In this document: positions 50,069 through 60,906 of the stretch, one piece after another
Position numbering within the stretch: the stretch's first letter is position 1
Layout of the letters: each line of letters starts with the position of its first letter
DNA from: Sedimentisphaerales bacterium
GTDB taxonomy: Bacteria; Planctomycetota; Phycisphaerae; Sedimentisphaerales; SM23-30
Reading direction: 5' to 3'
Assembly (NCBI GenBank): GCA_963663965.2
Contig: CAXXFK010000023.1
Span: forward strand, 32,001 to 96,000
DNA: 64,000 nt
Translations under genes and position numbers: made by a program
Notes under the pieces: generated by a model
The model's database searches: none
What the model was told of the DNA's origin: nothing
What the model saw: only the letters and a program-made list of their open reading frames with translations

Positions 50069-51757
50069 ATGAAGAAAATCGTTTTAATTGTTCTACTGAT
50101 ATTGGGATTGTCGGGCTATGCAACCGCTCAGGAAAAGCTGGACACTATATATATTGAGGTGGTTGTGAATGTGGTAGACAGCACCTCCACCCACAATATA
50201 AATAAACATCTGGATGAAGCCAATAAGATTCTCAAGCAAGCCGGCATTGAACTGGTATTAGTCAAAACCAATAATCCGGTAAATTACGGCAACAATGACA
50301 GTTCATTAACTCGAGAAGAGCGCGACAAGGCGCGCGATCACGGTCGAGAAGAACTGGACAAAGCCTGCGGCAAGGGAAAGGGTATTAAGGTAACCTTGAC
50401 GGATACTCCGATGGAAGGCAAGACGGCAACAGGGGTTGCCATCCACGAGAATTCAACGGTTATTGTAAAACCACGCTCAGATAACGCGGCCACTGGACGA
50501 ACGATTGCGCACGAGGTCGGTCATTCTCTAACGCTGAACTATGATTTTTACGATGAGGCAAACAAGGGCAGGTTGATGTATGGCGTGACGGGCGGCGGCA
50601 CCAAGCTGACTGATGATGAAATTAAAGAAATTCGCAAGCGTGCCAAACAGATCGCCAAGGAACAAAAAAAGGCCCAGAAAACGACTAATAATAAAAAAGC
50701 GACATCCAAGACCGGCCAGGTAACCAATAAGTTTGGCCACCAGAAAGATTCACGCCAGGATTTAATCATTTTTCCACCGGACCTACCGATCGATCCGGGC
50801 AATCCAATTCTGAGTGGATTTGACTTGCGCGGTACTGACATTTTCTGGGATCCAGGGGTGGATCCATTGCTGGTAAATATTCGCGTTCAACCCCAAGGAT
50901 TATTGCCAGGCGGTGACTTTACGGTGGATTCCTTTTTCGATGTTTTTTATCAGATCGAACTTATCGCCACTCCAGGCGGATTGCCTGACCGCATTGTAAA
51001 TATTCACGCGTTTAAGGACATAAGCATGCCCGAACCCATTTTTGACTGCCAAGTCATAGATCCAATCAGCGGAACTCCTTTAATCGACTTACCGGTATTG
51101 CCAACCGTAAATCTGGAAATCTGGTCAGGAGGAATTGATCCAGGTGTTGAACCTGCAAATGTTTCTTTGGCCGTGGATGTCCCCTTGCCAGTACTATTCG
51201 ATCCGATCGATTTCAAAAGGATGGAAGACGTTGTTTTCCAAACGACGGTCCATGGGGTAATTATTCTGCCCGATATCCCGGGAGAGATCTTGATACAAGA
51301 CCTGCCCGAAGAACCGGGAGTATTTGATTTAGACCAAGATATCTGTCGTCCTGAAATCAGCGTTACGCCGCTCAATTTCCCGACATTGGATCCGTCTATT
51401 CCAATTCTTCCCCCCCTGCCATCAGAGGCAGTTTTAATTGTTGAAGGTTGCGGATTTAATGGAACGATAGACGTGCGGGCCAATACCCTGCCAGTAGCAA
51501 CTGTTTCTGACGGAAGCCAGTTTAGAGTATTCCTGGGCGCGGAAGCACTGGGCCCATATCTGCCGGAAGAATTAGAAATTCTTGTCCAGGAAACCGATGA
51601 GAGCTTACCCAAGCGAAACTGGGCTGTCATTAACCTTGATATACTACCAGAGATTCCTGGTGACATTAATATGGATGGTCGAGTTGACATTCTTGATTTC
51701 GAAGAATTGTCTCATTGGTGGTTATATGAATTGATCGCGGAAACAGACATATTTTGA
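50069..51757 (+). CDS. Secreted putative zinc metallopeptidase with dockerin-like C-terminus
   Basis: Signal peptide, TIAHEVGHSL (HExxH) with downstream LMY, a DSFFDVF motif, and GDINMDGRVDILDF...WWL. Confidence 0.7.
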   Translation: MKKIVLIVLLILGLSGYATAQEKLDTIYIEVVVNVVDSTSTHNINKHLDEANKILKQAGIELVLVKTNNPVNYGNNDSSLTREERDKARDHGREELDKACGKGKGIKVTLTDTPMEGKTATGVAIHENSTVIVKPRSDNAATGRTIAHEVGHSLTLNYDFYDEANKGRLMYGVTGGGTKLTDDEIKEIRKRAKQIAKEQKKAQKTTNNKKATSKTGQVTNKFGHQKDSRQDLIIFPPDLPIDPGNPILSGFDLRGTDIFWDPGVDPLLVNIRVQPQGLLPGGDFTVDSFFDVFYQIELIATPGGLPDRIVNIHAFKDISMPEPIFDCQVIDPISGTPLIDLPVLPTVNLEIWSGGIDPGVEPANVSLAVDVPLPVLFDPIDFKRMEDVVFQTTVHGVIILPDIPGEILIQDLPEEPGVFDLDQDICRPEISVTPLNFPTLDPSIPILPPLPSEAVLIVEGCGFNGTIDVRANTLPVATVSDGSQFRVFLGAEALGPYLPEELEILVQETDESLPKRNWAVINLDILPEIPGDINMDGRVDILDFEELSHWWLYELIAETDIF

Positions 51758-51780
51758 TTTGGTAATTCTAAATCCTTAAT

Positions 51781-51802
51781 GCCCGCCGTGTGCGGGCTTT
51801 TT
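51781..51802 (+). terminator. Rho-independent terminator
   Basis: GCCCGC-CGTGT-GCGGGC-TTTTT. Confidence 0.75.
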
Positions 51803-51920
51803 CATATAAAATCTTTCAAATTATTGAAAATTCGAATGACCCTGTAATGAAATAGATTTCAACCCGACTGCTAATATAAACTATTGCTTTTCCACAATAT
51901 TTATATTGGGAACCATTATC

Positions 51921-52133
51921 ATGATATTTCCATTTGTGGCTTTCTGGGTAATCTTACTGCTGGGATGGAATAAATTTGAACTTAAAGGAAGGTTAATCTG
52001 GATTGCCCTCTGGATTGGTTCAATATTGGGACTTTGTTATGGGAGCACACCTTTTATTTTTGTCACCGTTCAGGCCGTTCTGGACGCCATTCTGGTTTTG
52101 TATATTTTTGGCGGGGATATCAACATCCGGTAA
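51921..52133 (+). CDS. Small membrane protein
   Basis: 70-aa hydrophobic ORF ending QAVLDAILVLYIFGGDINIR. Confidence 0.65.
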   Translation: MIFPFVAFWVILLLGWNKFELKGRLIWIALWIGSILGLCYGSTPFIFVTVQAVLDAILVLYIFGGDINIR

Positions 52134-52160
52134 GACCCGGTTAATATTGATGTTAGAATT

Positions 52161-53714
52161 TTAGCCCCGAGCCCCGCGAAGTATTACGCGGTTTCCATCA
52201 GTCCATTGGTCGCGATACCAGGTGGAAGGCCGGTCTTCATCGGATATCTCGGCAAGTTTCTGGTTCATTTTCGCCCGAAGCTCTTGTAACTTGTCTTGAT
52301 GACCGGAATTTGACACCAGATTATTCATCTGATAGGGATCGTCAAGGTTATCAAAAAGCAGTTCGAACCCATCCACTCGATAGCGGGCATAAGTGTATCG
52401 CTTGTCACGGATGGCGCGCCATTCGTAGCCATCTTCCCAGGAAGCGCAAGCGCCGGTGTTTTGCATAAGAGCAAATTCGGGCTCCGGGCCGTGTTGTCCT
52501 AAGGCGGTCTGGCTTAGATTTTCGCCCTCAACACGATTCGGTATGGGAAGTTTCATAAGGCCCAACAGGGTGGGCATAAAATCGACCGTGGAGATACAGG
52601 CGTCTGAAACCGTTCCTGCCGGTATCTTGCCGGGCCAGCGCATAAGGAATGGGATCCGCGCGGCTTCTTCGTAGAATGTATTTTTGGCCGCCCGGCCTTG
52701 AGAACCAAACATTTCGCCATGATCAGAAGAAAAAACAACTATGGTATTATCAGCCAGTCCGGCATCGTTAAGAAAACTCATAAGCCGGCCAAAGTTCCTG
52801 TCCAGATTGGCGGTCATGGCATAATAGATTCGACGGTTGGTTTCCAGGCTGGCCCGGCCACTGGCCGACATGTCGGACCAGTTGTCTGAATAGGGTTCAT
52901 CGTTTTCCGGTTTATAATTGGGGGGATTGGGCAAGCTGACATTCTTATAATTATTATAGTCTTCCGCGGGAACATTGCCTATGTTCCATGGCGCATGCGG
53001 AGTACCCCAGGAAAGGAACATGGCGAACGGCTGGGAGGATTTGGCCGCCCGGCATTTCAACCATTGAATGGCCAGATCTGTCTGGCCATCGGGTTCATAA
53101 ACGCCTTCACCATAATGAATTTTTTCTGATGATTCCGTATGATAAAAAGCATTGTCACCATAATAATCGTGACGGAAATTATAGGCTGCCCAGAAACCAT
53201 TGAAGCCAAGCCGGTGTGGACCGCGCGGCACAAAGGAATTTGCCGGATTGTAATGATCGCCCAGATGATTCGCATAGAGATGCCATTTGCCAATATAAGC
53301 CGTATGATATCCGGCGCGGGTGAGAATGTGGCCAATACATTCCTGATATGGATTCATGCGGAGTTCGTTAATCACCATTCCGGTTGTTGTAGTATATTTC
53401 CCGGTAAAGAGATTGGCACGATAGGCTGAACAGACCGGCGTATTGGAAACGCAATACTTGAAGTTAACGCCCTGGGAAGAGAAGGTATCAATATTGGGAG
53501 TTTGGGCGTGCTGAGCGCCGGGATAATTGGCCTCATTCCAATAGCGGGCATAGCCGCAATGATTGGTTCCGAGCTGGTCGGCAAAAACATAAATCAAGTT
53601 GGGGCGATCGGTATTGGGGCCCGCGGCAAAAGAAGGCGCCAACTGACATATTGCCATACCGGCGGCTCCCAGACAAGTGCGTTTCAGAAAGGTGCGGCGA
53701 TCTATGGATTGCAT
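52161..53714 (-). CDS. Sulfatase (Cys-type) with Tat signal
   Basis: DRRTFLK, RPNLIYVFADQ, PVCSAYRANLFTG, YIGKWHL, SSDHGE and FDNLDDPYQMNNL. Confidence 0.93.
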   Translation of the reverse strand: MQSIDRRTFLKRTCLGAAGMAICQLAPSFAAGPNTDRPNLIYVFADQLGTNHCGYARYWNEANYPGAQHAQTPNIDTFSSQGVNFKYCVSNTPVCSAYRANLFTGKYTTTTGMVINELRMNPYQECIGHILTRAGYHTAYIGKWHLYANHLGDHYNPANSFVPRGPHRLGFNGFWAAYNFRHDYYGDNAFYHTESSEKIHYGEGVYEPDGQTDLAIQWLKCRAAKSSQPFAMFLSWGTPHAPWNIGNVPAEDYNNYKNVSLPNPPNYKPENDEPYSDNWSDMSASGRASLETNRRIYYAMTANLDRNFGRLMSFLNDAGLADNTIVVFSSDHGEMFGSQGRAAKNTFYEEAARIPFLMRWPGKIPAGTVSDACISTVDFMPTLLGLMKLPIPNRVEGENLSQTALGQHGPEPEFALMQNTGACASWEDGYEWRAIRDKRYTYARYRVDGFELLFDNLDDPYQMNNLVSNSGHQDKLQELRAKMNQKLAEISDEDRPSTWYRDQWTDGNRVILRGARG

Positions 53715-53761
53715 TTAAGACACTCCGTTCAAGCAAAAACATTTTAAGCTATCGTATAAAA

Positions 53762-55057
53762 TTAGTAAGGTAAATTCTGACAATCGGGGTCGGGCGTGAA
53801 GCATTCAAACCATTCCCGAATAAAAATCTCGAAATCGTTGATATCAACCTGGCAATCAAGATTCAGGTCGGCGACATGGAAACCATGCGAACCACAGTCA
53901 TTGTCTTCAATATTTATTAAACGATCCGGCAGATTAATCCCGAACCAGGGGGAGGCAGAATCGACATCCACTTTAATCGCGAGATGGGTATCGTGGACGG
54001 CTCGCTCCATATCGGGATCATCAATCGCTGAAATTGTGATTGCCTGCGGCGTTTGCCAATTAGCGGACGTGAAAACAATCTCGGCAGGTGTTGCTTGAAT
54101 CTGATCGGGATCAAGGATATCATAAAATCGAACCGTAACCGGTAGGTTGCCTGGGTTGTCCGCCAGGCGAATGAAGATTTCGTCGCCGTAGCCACCTTCG
54201 CGAACATAGGTTTCATTATCTGTTTCCTCGATCAAAATATCGGAGGTGGTGAAAGGCAGGGCATATTTCCCGCTGAGATAATGCCCAATCTGAGTCATCT
54301 GGGCGGTAGTCAATTGCTTATTGTAAACAAGCACTTCCGCCAGGTCGCCATCATAGAAATCGGGATACCAAACGGCGTCAGGGCTCATGCCACAACCGAC
54401 AGAGATATGGTTACCAGCGCTATCGAATGTGATCGTATTGGCCGGATTATTGGCTTGTATTGTCTGTGCCTCAATGCCATTAACCGCATAAAACAGGTTA
54501 TCATGCCGACCTCCTTGAGGCATCTGGCGAACGGCGATATGAAAGACCCCGGCGCTGATAGGATTCTGGCCGGTGGGAGTAAGCGAGTATCCGTTATTAT
54601 AACGACAACCCGAACGGCTGGGAGCCACCTCAACTCCAACCAGATGTGAGGCGGTTCCAATGGCGGAACCAACCTGCACAACGCGCTCGACTCCCGTGCT
54701 GGTTCCACCCGTGCAAACAGTTAAGATCGTCAGACCGGCGTCCGGATCGGGCAGATTCCAGCTCGGCGAAACCAGCACGTCTTGATTGCTACGAACAAAA
54801 CGAACCGCAGGCAAACCATTAATGACACCGGCACGATAGGTCGGAATGCCATAACCCGGATCTGTCGATACGGTGCCACCGACACTGTCGGAGACCGCCA
54901 GATCTGACCAAGTTAGGACGGGGTCGTCATTGCTTAGACTGGTTATTGCCGACGCATCCAGATGAATAATCAGGCCATCATTGACCAAATCAGCAACGGC
55001 GATGGAAGTCAGAAATGATATTAGAATTATAGAAGATGTTTTTATCATCAGATTCAC
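53762..55057 (-). CDS. Secreted LamG/ConA-like + Calx-beta-like + dockerin-like protein
   Basis: HLDAS...WSD, INGLPAVRF, GDLAEVLVYN, FTSANWQTPQ.ITI.AIDD and ADLNLDCQVDINDF...WF.C. Confidence 0.75.
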   Translation of the reverse strand: MNLMIKTSSIILISFLTSIAVADLVNDGLIIHLDASAITSLSNDDPVLTWSDLAVSDSVGGTVSTDPGYGIPTYRAGVINGLPAVRFVRSNQDVLVSPSWNLPDPDAGLTILTVCTGGTSTGVERVVQVGSAIGTASHLVGVEVAPSRSGCRYNNGYSLTPTGQNPISAGVFHIAVRQMPQGGRHDNLFYAVNGIEAQTIQANNPANTITFDSAGNHISVGCGMSPDAVWYPDFYDGDLAEVLVYNKQLTTAQMTQIGHYLSGKYALPFTTSDILIEETDNETYVREGGYGDEIFIRLADNPGNLPVTVRFYDILDPDQIQATPAEIVFTSANWQTPQAITISAIDDPDMERAVHDTHLAIKVDVDSASPWFGINLPDRLINIEDNDCGSHGFHVADLNLDCQVDINDFEIFIREWFECFTPDPDCQNLPY

Positions 55058-55080
55058 CGTAATCGTGTTGGGCCGGTTGA

Positions 55081-56286
55081 TTAAGGACGCATGTCATCAC
55101 AATTGGATTCAGGCATAGTACACCGCAACCACTGTTGAACAAGTAAAGTAAAATCAATCAGATCAATCTGGCAATCGCGATTGAGGTCGGCCGGATTGCC
55201 CACCCAGGCACCACAGTCATTTTCAGTAATTGCAACCGCAATGTCTTCTATTGATGTTCCGGAATAAGATGAAGCCGTTTCAACTATTACGCTGAACAGA
55301 ACGGAAACAGAATGCACATATGATTCCCGGATTGAGTCATCAACGGCAGTAATTGTAATCGTTTGCGGAGTTTGCCAATTGGCAGTATTGAAGACTAATG
55401 AGCTGGGGAAGAAACTTAGTTGGGTGTTATCTGAAGCACCCAATTCAACCGTGACGGGATAGTCCTGGGGATCATCTGTTACCGCAATTGAAATTTCATC
55501 AGCAAGGCCACTTTCGCTAACGGCAGTAAAACCCGTCGTCTCAGTAACTGTAATGGAAAATGATGGCAGGATTTCGGGCGCGAGGGCCGCGAAGATCTGG
55601 CCGCGAGGATTACTGCCGGCAGTTCCAGTAAAATTTGACGCCATATTCGCATCCCATAGCGCGTTCTGGCCCAGCAGGGCATTGGTAAGCCCTCCCAGCT
55701 GGCCGGAAGTAATGCTGCCGGTTCCCAGAAAACTGACCGACTTATCGCCCGATAAATTAGCTGAAGCAGAAGTCCCGGTAATCGTAAAAGTCTTAAGCTC
55801 ACCCTTCAGGCTTGTCCTCAAAATACCGTTAACCGTATCGTAGGATGCCCAGGCAACAATATCTTCGCCAGCGGTTACGGTTCCGACAATGACAGCGGCG
55901 GCACTATCGCTCACATCTGTATCATTTAAGCCGTTTTGGGTATAACCGTTACCGTTGCCGCCATTGGAGCCCTTGGTCGCAAATATTAAATTGCCGCCAG
56001 ACAAATACAGTCCATTGCCAAAAGAAGTGCCGCCGCACTCAATTAAAATAACGGGGCCGCCGGCAGTCAAATCGGCCGGCGCCGGATTGAACCGGACAGC
56101 CAAGGTAACCTGTCCAGTGCCATCAATTGGAGCAATGTCGTCTACGCTGCCCGCTTGTCGCGTGGTCAAATCAATCGCCGCTTGTGAATCCAACAATCCT
56201 GGAACCAGATCGCCGGCTTGAACAGCAAGGACGAAAGACAACAGTATTGACATAGAGATTAATCGCGTTATAAGCATGTTAAGCAC
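55081..56286 (-). CDS. Secreted protein with lectin-like, Calx-beta-like and dockerin-like domains
   Basis: The N-terminal domain is paralogous to 56360-58516 and the C-terminal part to 53762-55057. It ends ADLNRDCQIDLIDF...QWL.C. Confidence 0.75.
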   Translation of the reverse strand: MLNMLITRLISMSILLSFVLAVQAGDLVPGLLDSQAAIDLTTRQAGSVDDIAPIDGTGQVTLAVRFNPAPADLTAGGPVILIECGGTSFGNGLYLSGGNLIFATKGSNGGNGNGYTQNGLNDTDVSDSAAAVIVGTVTAGEDIVAWASYDTVNGILRTSLKGELKTFTITGTSASANLSGDKSVSFLGTGSITSGQLGGLTNALLGQNALWDANMASNFTGTAGSNPRGQIFAALAPEILPSFSITVTETTGFTAVSESGLADEISIAVTDDPQDYPVTVELGASDNTQLSFFPSSLVFNTANWQTPQTITITAVDDSIRESYVHSVSVLFSVIVETASSYSGTSIEDIAVAITENDCGAWVGNPADLNRDCQIDLIDFTLLVQQWLRCTMPESNCDDMRP

Positions 56287-56359
56287 CCAGAGTGAGGGAA
56301 AAGGGCGGCCGGGCAGTATCGTGGCCCGGCCGGTCCTAAAAATATAAACTAAATATTAA

Positions 56360-58516
56360 TTATGGGCACTGGGGTACCGGAATGAAACCACAATCGAGCC
56401 ATTGGCCGGCAAAATGTGCCAGGTCATATAAATCAACCAGGCAATCGGGTTCACCGTCCGGTCCGTTAATATCCATTGCCGGGCGGTTTACGCATATTTT
56501 TCCGCCGGCAATATCGGTATAAACGATTGCCACTTCGGTGGGACTCAGGGCATAATTCCAAATCCGCGCGTCATCAATTGTGCCATTAAATGGCGGGGTA
56601 CTGACACCCGCTTTGGTGTTATTGGCTCCAAGTTTAATGGTGGCGTCTGACAGGCTGATGGTGGTGCCGCCGGCGCTGGCAACGGGCTCGCCATTCTTAT
56701 ACAATACGGTTGCCGCGGGGCTGACTGAGACAAGCCAATGAGCCCAGGCGCCGGCATCGTCAATCGGGGCAGAAACACCAGCAACGCCAGGGCCGCCGAA
56801 GTTAACTGTATTAGAAGCAGTCACTTCATAGTACCAGCCTTCATAATTCTGCCCGGCATCGTCCTGATTTCGTTTGGTAATCAGTCCCTGATAGGCCCCA
56901 TTGGCGCCGGCCCAGTTACACCAGATCGACAGGGTCATTTCGCCGGTCATTTCTGTGGGCTCCCAGTCGTTGGCATCTGCCACAGCAAGGGGATCGATAG
57001 TGAGATCAAGGGCTTCAGCGGTCAGGGCGTTAAAACCGGGCGCGAACTGCGATGTGGCCGGGGCAACATCGGGTCTGGCGTGGTGGCCTTCGCCGCTGAT
57101 ATCCTGATAAAGGCCATTTTGATAATCATCCAAATCAAGCGTCCAATGCGCCACCAGGCGTTTAACGCCAAGATTGGCAGCATCTGAATCCACCGGGCCG
57201 CTTGAGTTTGCGACTTGACAGTAATAAGCGCCTTCGTCGGCAATTTTAACATTATTAATAGTAAGCGTGCTCATATAATCTGTTCCCAGATTATCCGTGC
57301 TAATAATAATATCCGGCCCGCTTAATTCTTCTGCCTGGCCGACCTTGAACCATTTAGCGGTTGCAAGCGATTTGCTGGAGAATTCACAGATAAATATCGC
57401 GGGGTTGTCCGGGAAGGCTGAAGTATTGGCTGGGGCAGCGGTCACGGCAGGTATCGAGGGAAGCGCTTTGAATATCCAGAGCGGTCCATAAATATTATTG
57501 GGATCTCCTTTAGGCTTGCCGGACACCTGTTCTTCAACTGTCCAATAAACAGTCTCATCCAAATCAAAATTATTAAAACTAACAGAAACACTGCTGTCGC
57601 CAGCCGCTACAAATTCATCAAGAAGAGAAACCGAAAGATTAGGATCGGAATAAGCATTAACAAAATGACCTGTAACAGCAGGATTTATGCTTCCGACATT
57701 GGCGGGATCTTCGGCGGCATCAAAGGCGAGTTGAGTTAATACTGCCGGATCAATTGCAATGGCGCCATTGGCAGGATTGGGATTATTGGGCAGCCAGTCG
57801 GGCGAAATAGCTGATGCGAAAATCTGGCCCCGGATGGAACCAAGGCCGCTACCGATCAGGTTCGCCGCCTGGTTGGCATCCCAGAGGGCGCCCTGGCCCT
57901 GGCTGGTACTAGTCAGGCCGCCTAATTGGCCGGCATTAATTGTGGTGGATCCTAAAAAGCTAACCGATTCGTCACCAGACAGATTCGCATTGCCCTTGGA
58001 GCCCGTTATCGAAAAAATCTTAATGCGATTATTTATACTGCAAACCAAAGCGCCGGTATTGGCATTATAAGAAGCATAAACTTCATTTTGAACACCGGCT
58101 TCAATCGGACCAATCGTTACTGCCGCAGCACGATCAGATACGTCGGTATCGTTAAGGCCGGTCTGTGTGTAGTCGTTACCTCCAGCGGCATTGGAGCCTT
58201 TCGTTGCAAATATGAGATTGCCGCCGGCCAGATACAAACCATTACCGTAAGTCGTGCCTCCAACCTCGATAATAATCACGGGGCCAATCGCCGTCAAGTC
58301 GGCCGGTTCAGCCGTGAAACGCGCCGCCAGCGTGATTTCGCCGCCCGTTTCAATCGCCGCAATATTGCCCGCCGCGCCGGTCTGGGGAGCGGTAATATTA
58401 ATGCGCGCGGTGGCATCGTCTACAAACGGAACGATTTCACCGGCCTGGAGAGATGCCGCCAATAATACGAATATTAGCAGCAACAACCGTTGTTGTTCCA
58501 AGCCATTTCTTTTCAT
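56360..58516 (-). CDS. Secreted Ig + LamG + dockerin-like protein
   Basis: GGAGG RBS, NPNPANGA, Ig DEGAYYC, LVAHWTLD...FNGTIDDARIWNYALS and DINGPDGEPDCLVDLYD...QWL.C. Confidence 0.8.
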   Translation of the reverse strand: MKRNGLEQQRLLLLIFVLLAASLQAGEIVPFVDDATARINITAPQTGAAGNIAAIETGGEITLAARFTAEPADLTAIGPVIIIEVGGTTYGNGLYLAGGNLIFATKGSNAAGGNDYTQTGLNDTDVSDRAAAVTIGPIEAGVQNEVYASYNANTGALVCSINNRIKIFSITGSKGNANLSGDESVSFLGSTTINAGQLGGLTSTSQGQGALWDANQAANLIGSGLGSIRGQIFASAISPDWLPNNPNPANGAIAIDPAVLTQLAFDAAEDPANVGSINPAVTGHFVNAYSDPNLSVSLLDEFVAAGDSSVSVSFNNFDLDETVYWTVEEQVSGKPKGDPNNIYGPLWIFKALPSIPAVTAAPANTSAFPDNPAIFICEFSSKSLATAKWFKVGQAEELSGPDIIISTDNLGTDYMSTLTINNVKIADEGAYYCQVANSSGPVDSDAANLGVKRLVAHWTLDLDDYQNGLYQDISGEGHHARPDVAPATSQFAPGFNALTAEALDLTIDPLAVADANDWEPTEMTGEMTLSIWCNWAGANGAYQGLITKRNQDDAGQNYEGWYYEVTASNTVNFGGPGVAGVSAPIDDAGAWAHWLVSVSPAATVLYKNGEPVASAGGTTISLSDATIKLGANNTKAGVSTPPFNGTIDDARIWNYALSPTEVAIVYTDIAGGKICVNRPAMDINGPDGEPDCLVDLYDLAHFAGQWLDCGFIPVPQCP

Positions 58517-58615
58517 TGTAGATCCTCCGAGAAAAAAGAGTAAATAACCGAGAAATATATTGAGTATTCCATAAAAATCCATGCCAGACGGTCCGGCAGG
58601 CCATAACAAACGATT

Positions 58616-60361
58616 TTATTCCAGAACTAAATATGGTTGAGCAAATATGCACCAATCATTAAAAGAGTGGCGGCCATTTTTGCCCATGGGGGTTCCTTCG
58701 CCGCCATCCGTTGTCACTAAAGAAAGAAATCGATCATCGGGCGCTAAAGAAATGTCAATATTGCCAACCTGACTTATCCGGGCTTGTTTTTTGACATAAC
58801 GGATCTGGCCGTCTACCAGCACCCAGAAATCAGCACACCCGGCGACCTCTTCGGGATTGGGGTAATCTTCAGCAATTCCGCAAAGGGACTGGAAGCGGGC
58901 AATATTGAAATTGCTATAGGCCTGGCGGATGGCGCCCAGATCAAAAGTGATGCCGGCATTCGCATGCATGAACAAGGCGGGGTGAGCGGGAACGCCATAG
59001 ATGACATTATTCATCTTGATTGGGCGACCAATAATCTTCTCAACATTAATAACACCCCCCCAGCCGGTTCCAGAGGTCAGAGGCGCCTCGATAAATTGAT
59101 GGCCCTGCGTGCTGATTTGTACTGGGGCCTGATTGCCATCCGGGATGAACACGCCATCGATAAAGCCATTGCCGGCCACATTATGAAAAGCATTATCCCC
59201 GTGAATGCTAATGAGATCCAATTCGTCTTTATAAGGATTCACCCATTGGTCGGCAATTGGATTTTGGAGCAGTCTTATCCCGGTAAGCGTATTGATACAT
59301 GCTCCCGCCTGGCCCGTTCCCAGCCCATTGCCGCCGCCGACAATATCAGCCAGATTAATCGTTTTTTGCCCGTGCCACACCAATTTCGATTTTGAGTTCA
59401 TGCCCTGAACAAATGAATTATCAGCAAGCTGAATTTCATGAACAGAGGCATTATCACCATCGATCTCTCTGGCTCTTCCGGCCAATACATCGCAGGTGGT
59501 TTTTTTGCCGCGATAGAGCCCGGCAATCAACATTGTTTTGCCTTTAAAAACATGCAGTTGCGTTTTATTGGTATCATCAACCAACACGCCAAATTCGGTT
59601 CCCAGATCAATTATCTGAGAGTTAAGGGTGTTGACAGTAAAGCCCTTTCCCTCTGGCTGAACTTTAACATAACAGCGCCCTTGTGACATGGTCAATTCCC
59701 GGGCCGTTACCAGCTCATATATCGCCGGCCCTTCGATTAAGACTTCGGCGCCATGATCGAACTGTATCTTTACAATACCCTCCATAATGCGGTAACGATC
59801 CTGAACCATACTACCACTGTCCCGTGGGACTCGATAAGCATCATCCCATTTTACATTCATTTGATCGGCCAGATGCGCCACCACCTGTCGGGGTTGTATC
59901 GCACTTTCTCTCATAATCCAGCGATCCAGCCATAAAATAGACAGACAAAGTATTACTACAGCCGCCGCTTTCAGCGCGAAACGGCGCCCATCGGCCAAAG
60001 TTAATTGCCGACGCCGCAGTACTTCTTTTTGATAATCGGATATTTGCTCTCCATCGCCTTCTTCCTGGCCCAGGGCTTTACGAATGGCGGATTCTGTCAG
60101 GTCCGCTTCAACAACTTGCTGAAAATAATTTTGTCGTTCATTTTCAAGCAACCGGACCTGATTTTTGTCAACAGAATCGATATTGCCAATCTCCTGCAGG
60201 GCCAAGGTTATGTTGAGCAGCCTATAATATTGGCGGCGCGCTTCTGGATTATTAGCAATGAAATGATTAAGCCGCTGCGCTTCTTCAGTCTGGATATCGC
60301 CATTAAACGCTTTCATTAACAATGTGTCGAATTCGAATTGTTCCCTGCGCTGTTTGGTCAT
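58616..60361 (-). CDS. FecR-like anti-sigma factor with C-terminal NPCBM-like domain
   Basis: GAEVLIEGPA, GFTVNT...IIDLGTEFGV...HVFKG, INLADIVGGGNG, HANAGITFDL and FLSLVTTDGG. Overlaps the sigma gene. Confidence 0.88.
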   Translation of the reverse strand: MTKQRREQFEFDTLLMKAFNGDIQTEEAQRLNHFIANNPEARRQYYRLLNITLALQEIGNIDSVDKNQVRLLENERQNYFQQVVEADLTESAIRKALGQEEGDGEQISDYQKEVLRRRQLTLADGRRFALKAAAVVILCLSILWLDRWIMRESAIQPRQVVAHLADQMNVKWDDAYRVPRDSGSMVQDRYRIMEGIVKIQFDHGAEVLIEGPAIYELVTARELTMSQGRCYVKVQPEGKGFTVNTLNSQIIDLGTEFGVLVDDTNKTQLHVFKGKTMLIAGLYRGKKTTCDVLAGRAREIDGDNASVHEIQLADNSFVQGMNSKSKLVWHGQKTINLADIVGGGNGLGTGQAGACINTLTGIRLLQNPIADQWVNPYKDELDLISIHGDNAFHNVAGNGFIDGVFIPDGNQAPVQISTQGHQFIEAPLTSGTGWGGVINVEKIIGRPIKMNNVIYGVPAHPALFMHANAGITFDLGAIRQAYSNFNIARFQSLCGIAEDYPNPEEVAGCADFWVLVDGQIRYVKKQARISQVGNIDISLAPDDRFLSLVTTDGGEGTPMGKNGRHSFNDWCIFAQPYLVLE

Positions 60362-60906
60362 ATTCGCTCCTCGGCTGAAACCTGGCGGTCAATACACTGC
60401 TGGAGTTGGTTCTGGATGCGAGCCAGACTGCGATAGACACTTTGGGTTTTACGGCCAATTCGCTCGGCAATTTCTCTAATCTTAATATTTTGAAAATATT
60501 TCAACTGGATCAGATCCAGGTCGGGCCGCGCAACCTTTCGCAGGCAGTCGCGCAACAGGCTTAGATAATGATCGGTAATCTGGATATCGGACTGGGATTG
60601 GCTATCAATCTGGATTTCTTCAATGGTTTGATCATCAAACAGCACAATCCTGTCGCGGGCATTGCGTCGACGAAATTCTTTAACACGATAAAAAGCGACC
60701 GCCCGGGCCCAGGCAAGAAAATCTGTGCCAGATTCATACTGGTCAAATTTTTCCCACAGAAACCTGGAGGTTTCCTGCAGGATATCGTCCGCATCGCTAA
60801 AGTTGGCCACCAAACTCAAAATATACGCGTAAATCTTTCTTTGATTGGCGCTTAACAACTGAACATATTCATTGAGTCGATTCGTTTGTTGTTGAAAATC
60901 ATTCAT
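60358..60906 (-). CDS. ECF sigma-70 factor (Planctomycete/Verrucomicrobia type)
   Basis: IYAYILSLV..DADDILQET...LWEKF..YE.GTDFLAWA and VYRSLARI...L..CI. Confidence 0.93.
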   Translation of the reverse strand: MNDFQQQTNRLNEYVQLLSANQRKIYAYILSLVANFSDADDILQETSRFLWEKFDQYESGTDFLAWARAVAFYRVKEFRRRNARDRIVLFDDQTIEEIQIDSQSQSDIQITDHYLSLLRDCLRKVARPDLDLIQLKYFQNIKIREIAERIGRKTQSVYRSLARIQNQLQQCIDRQVSAEERI

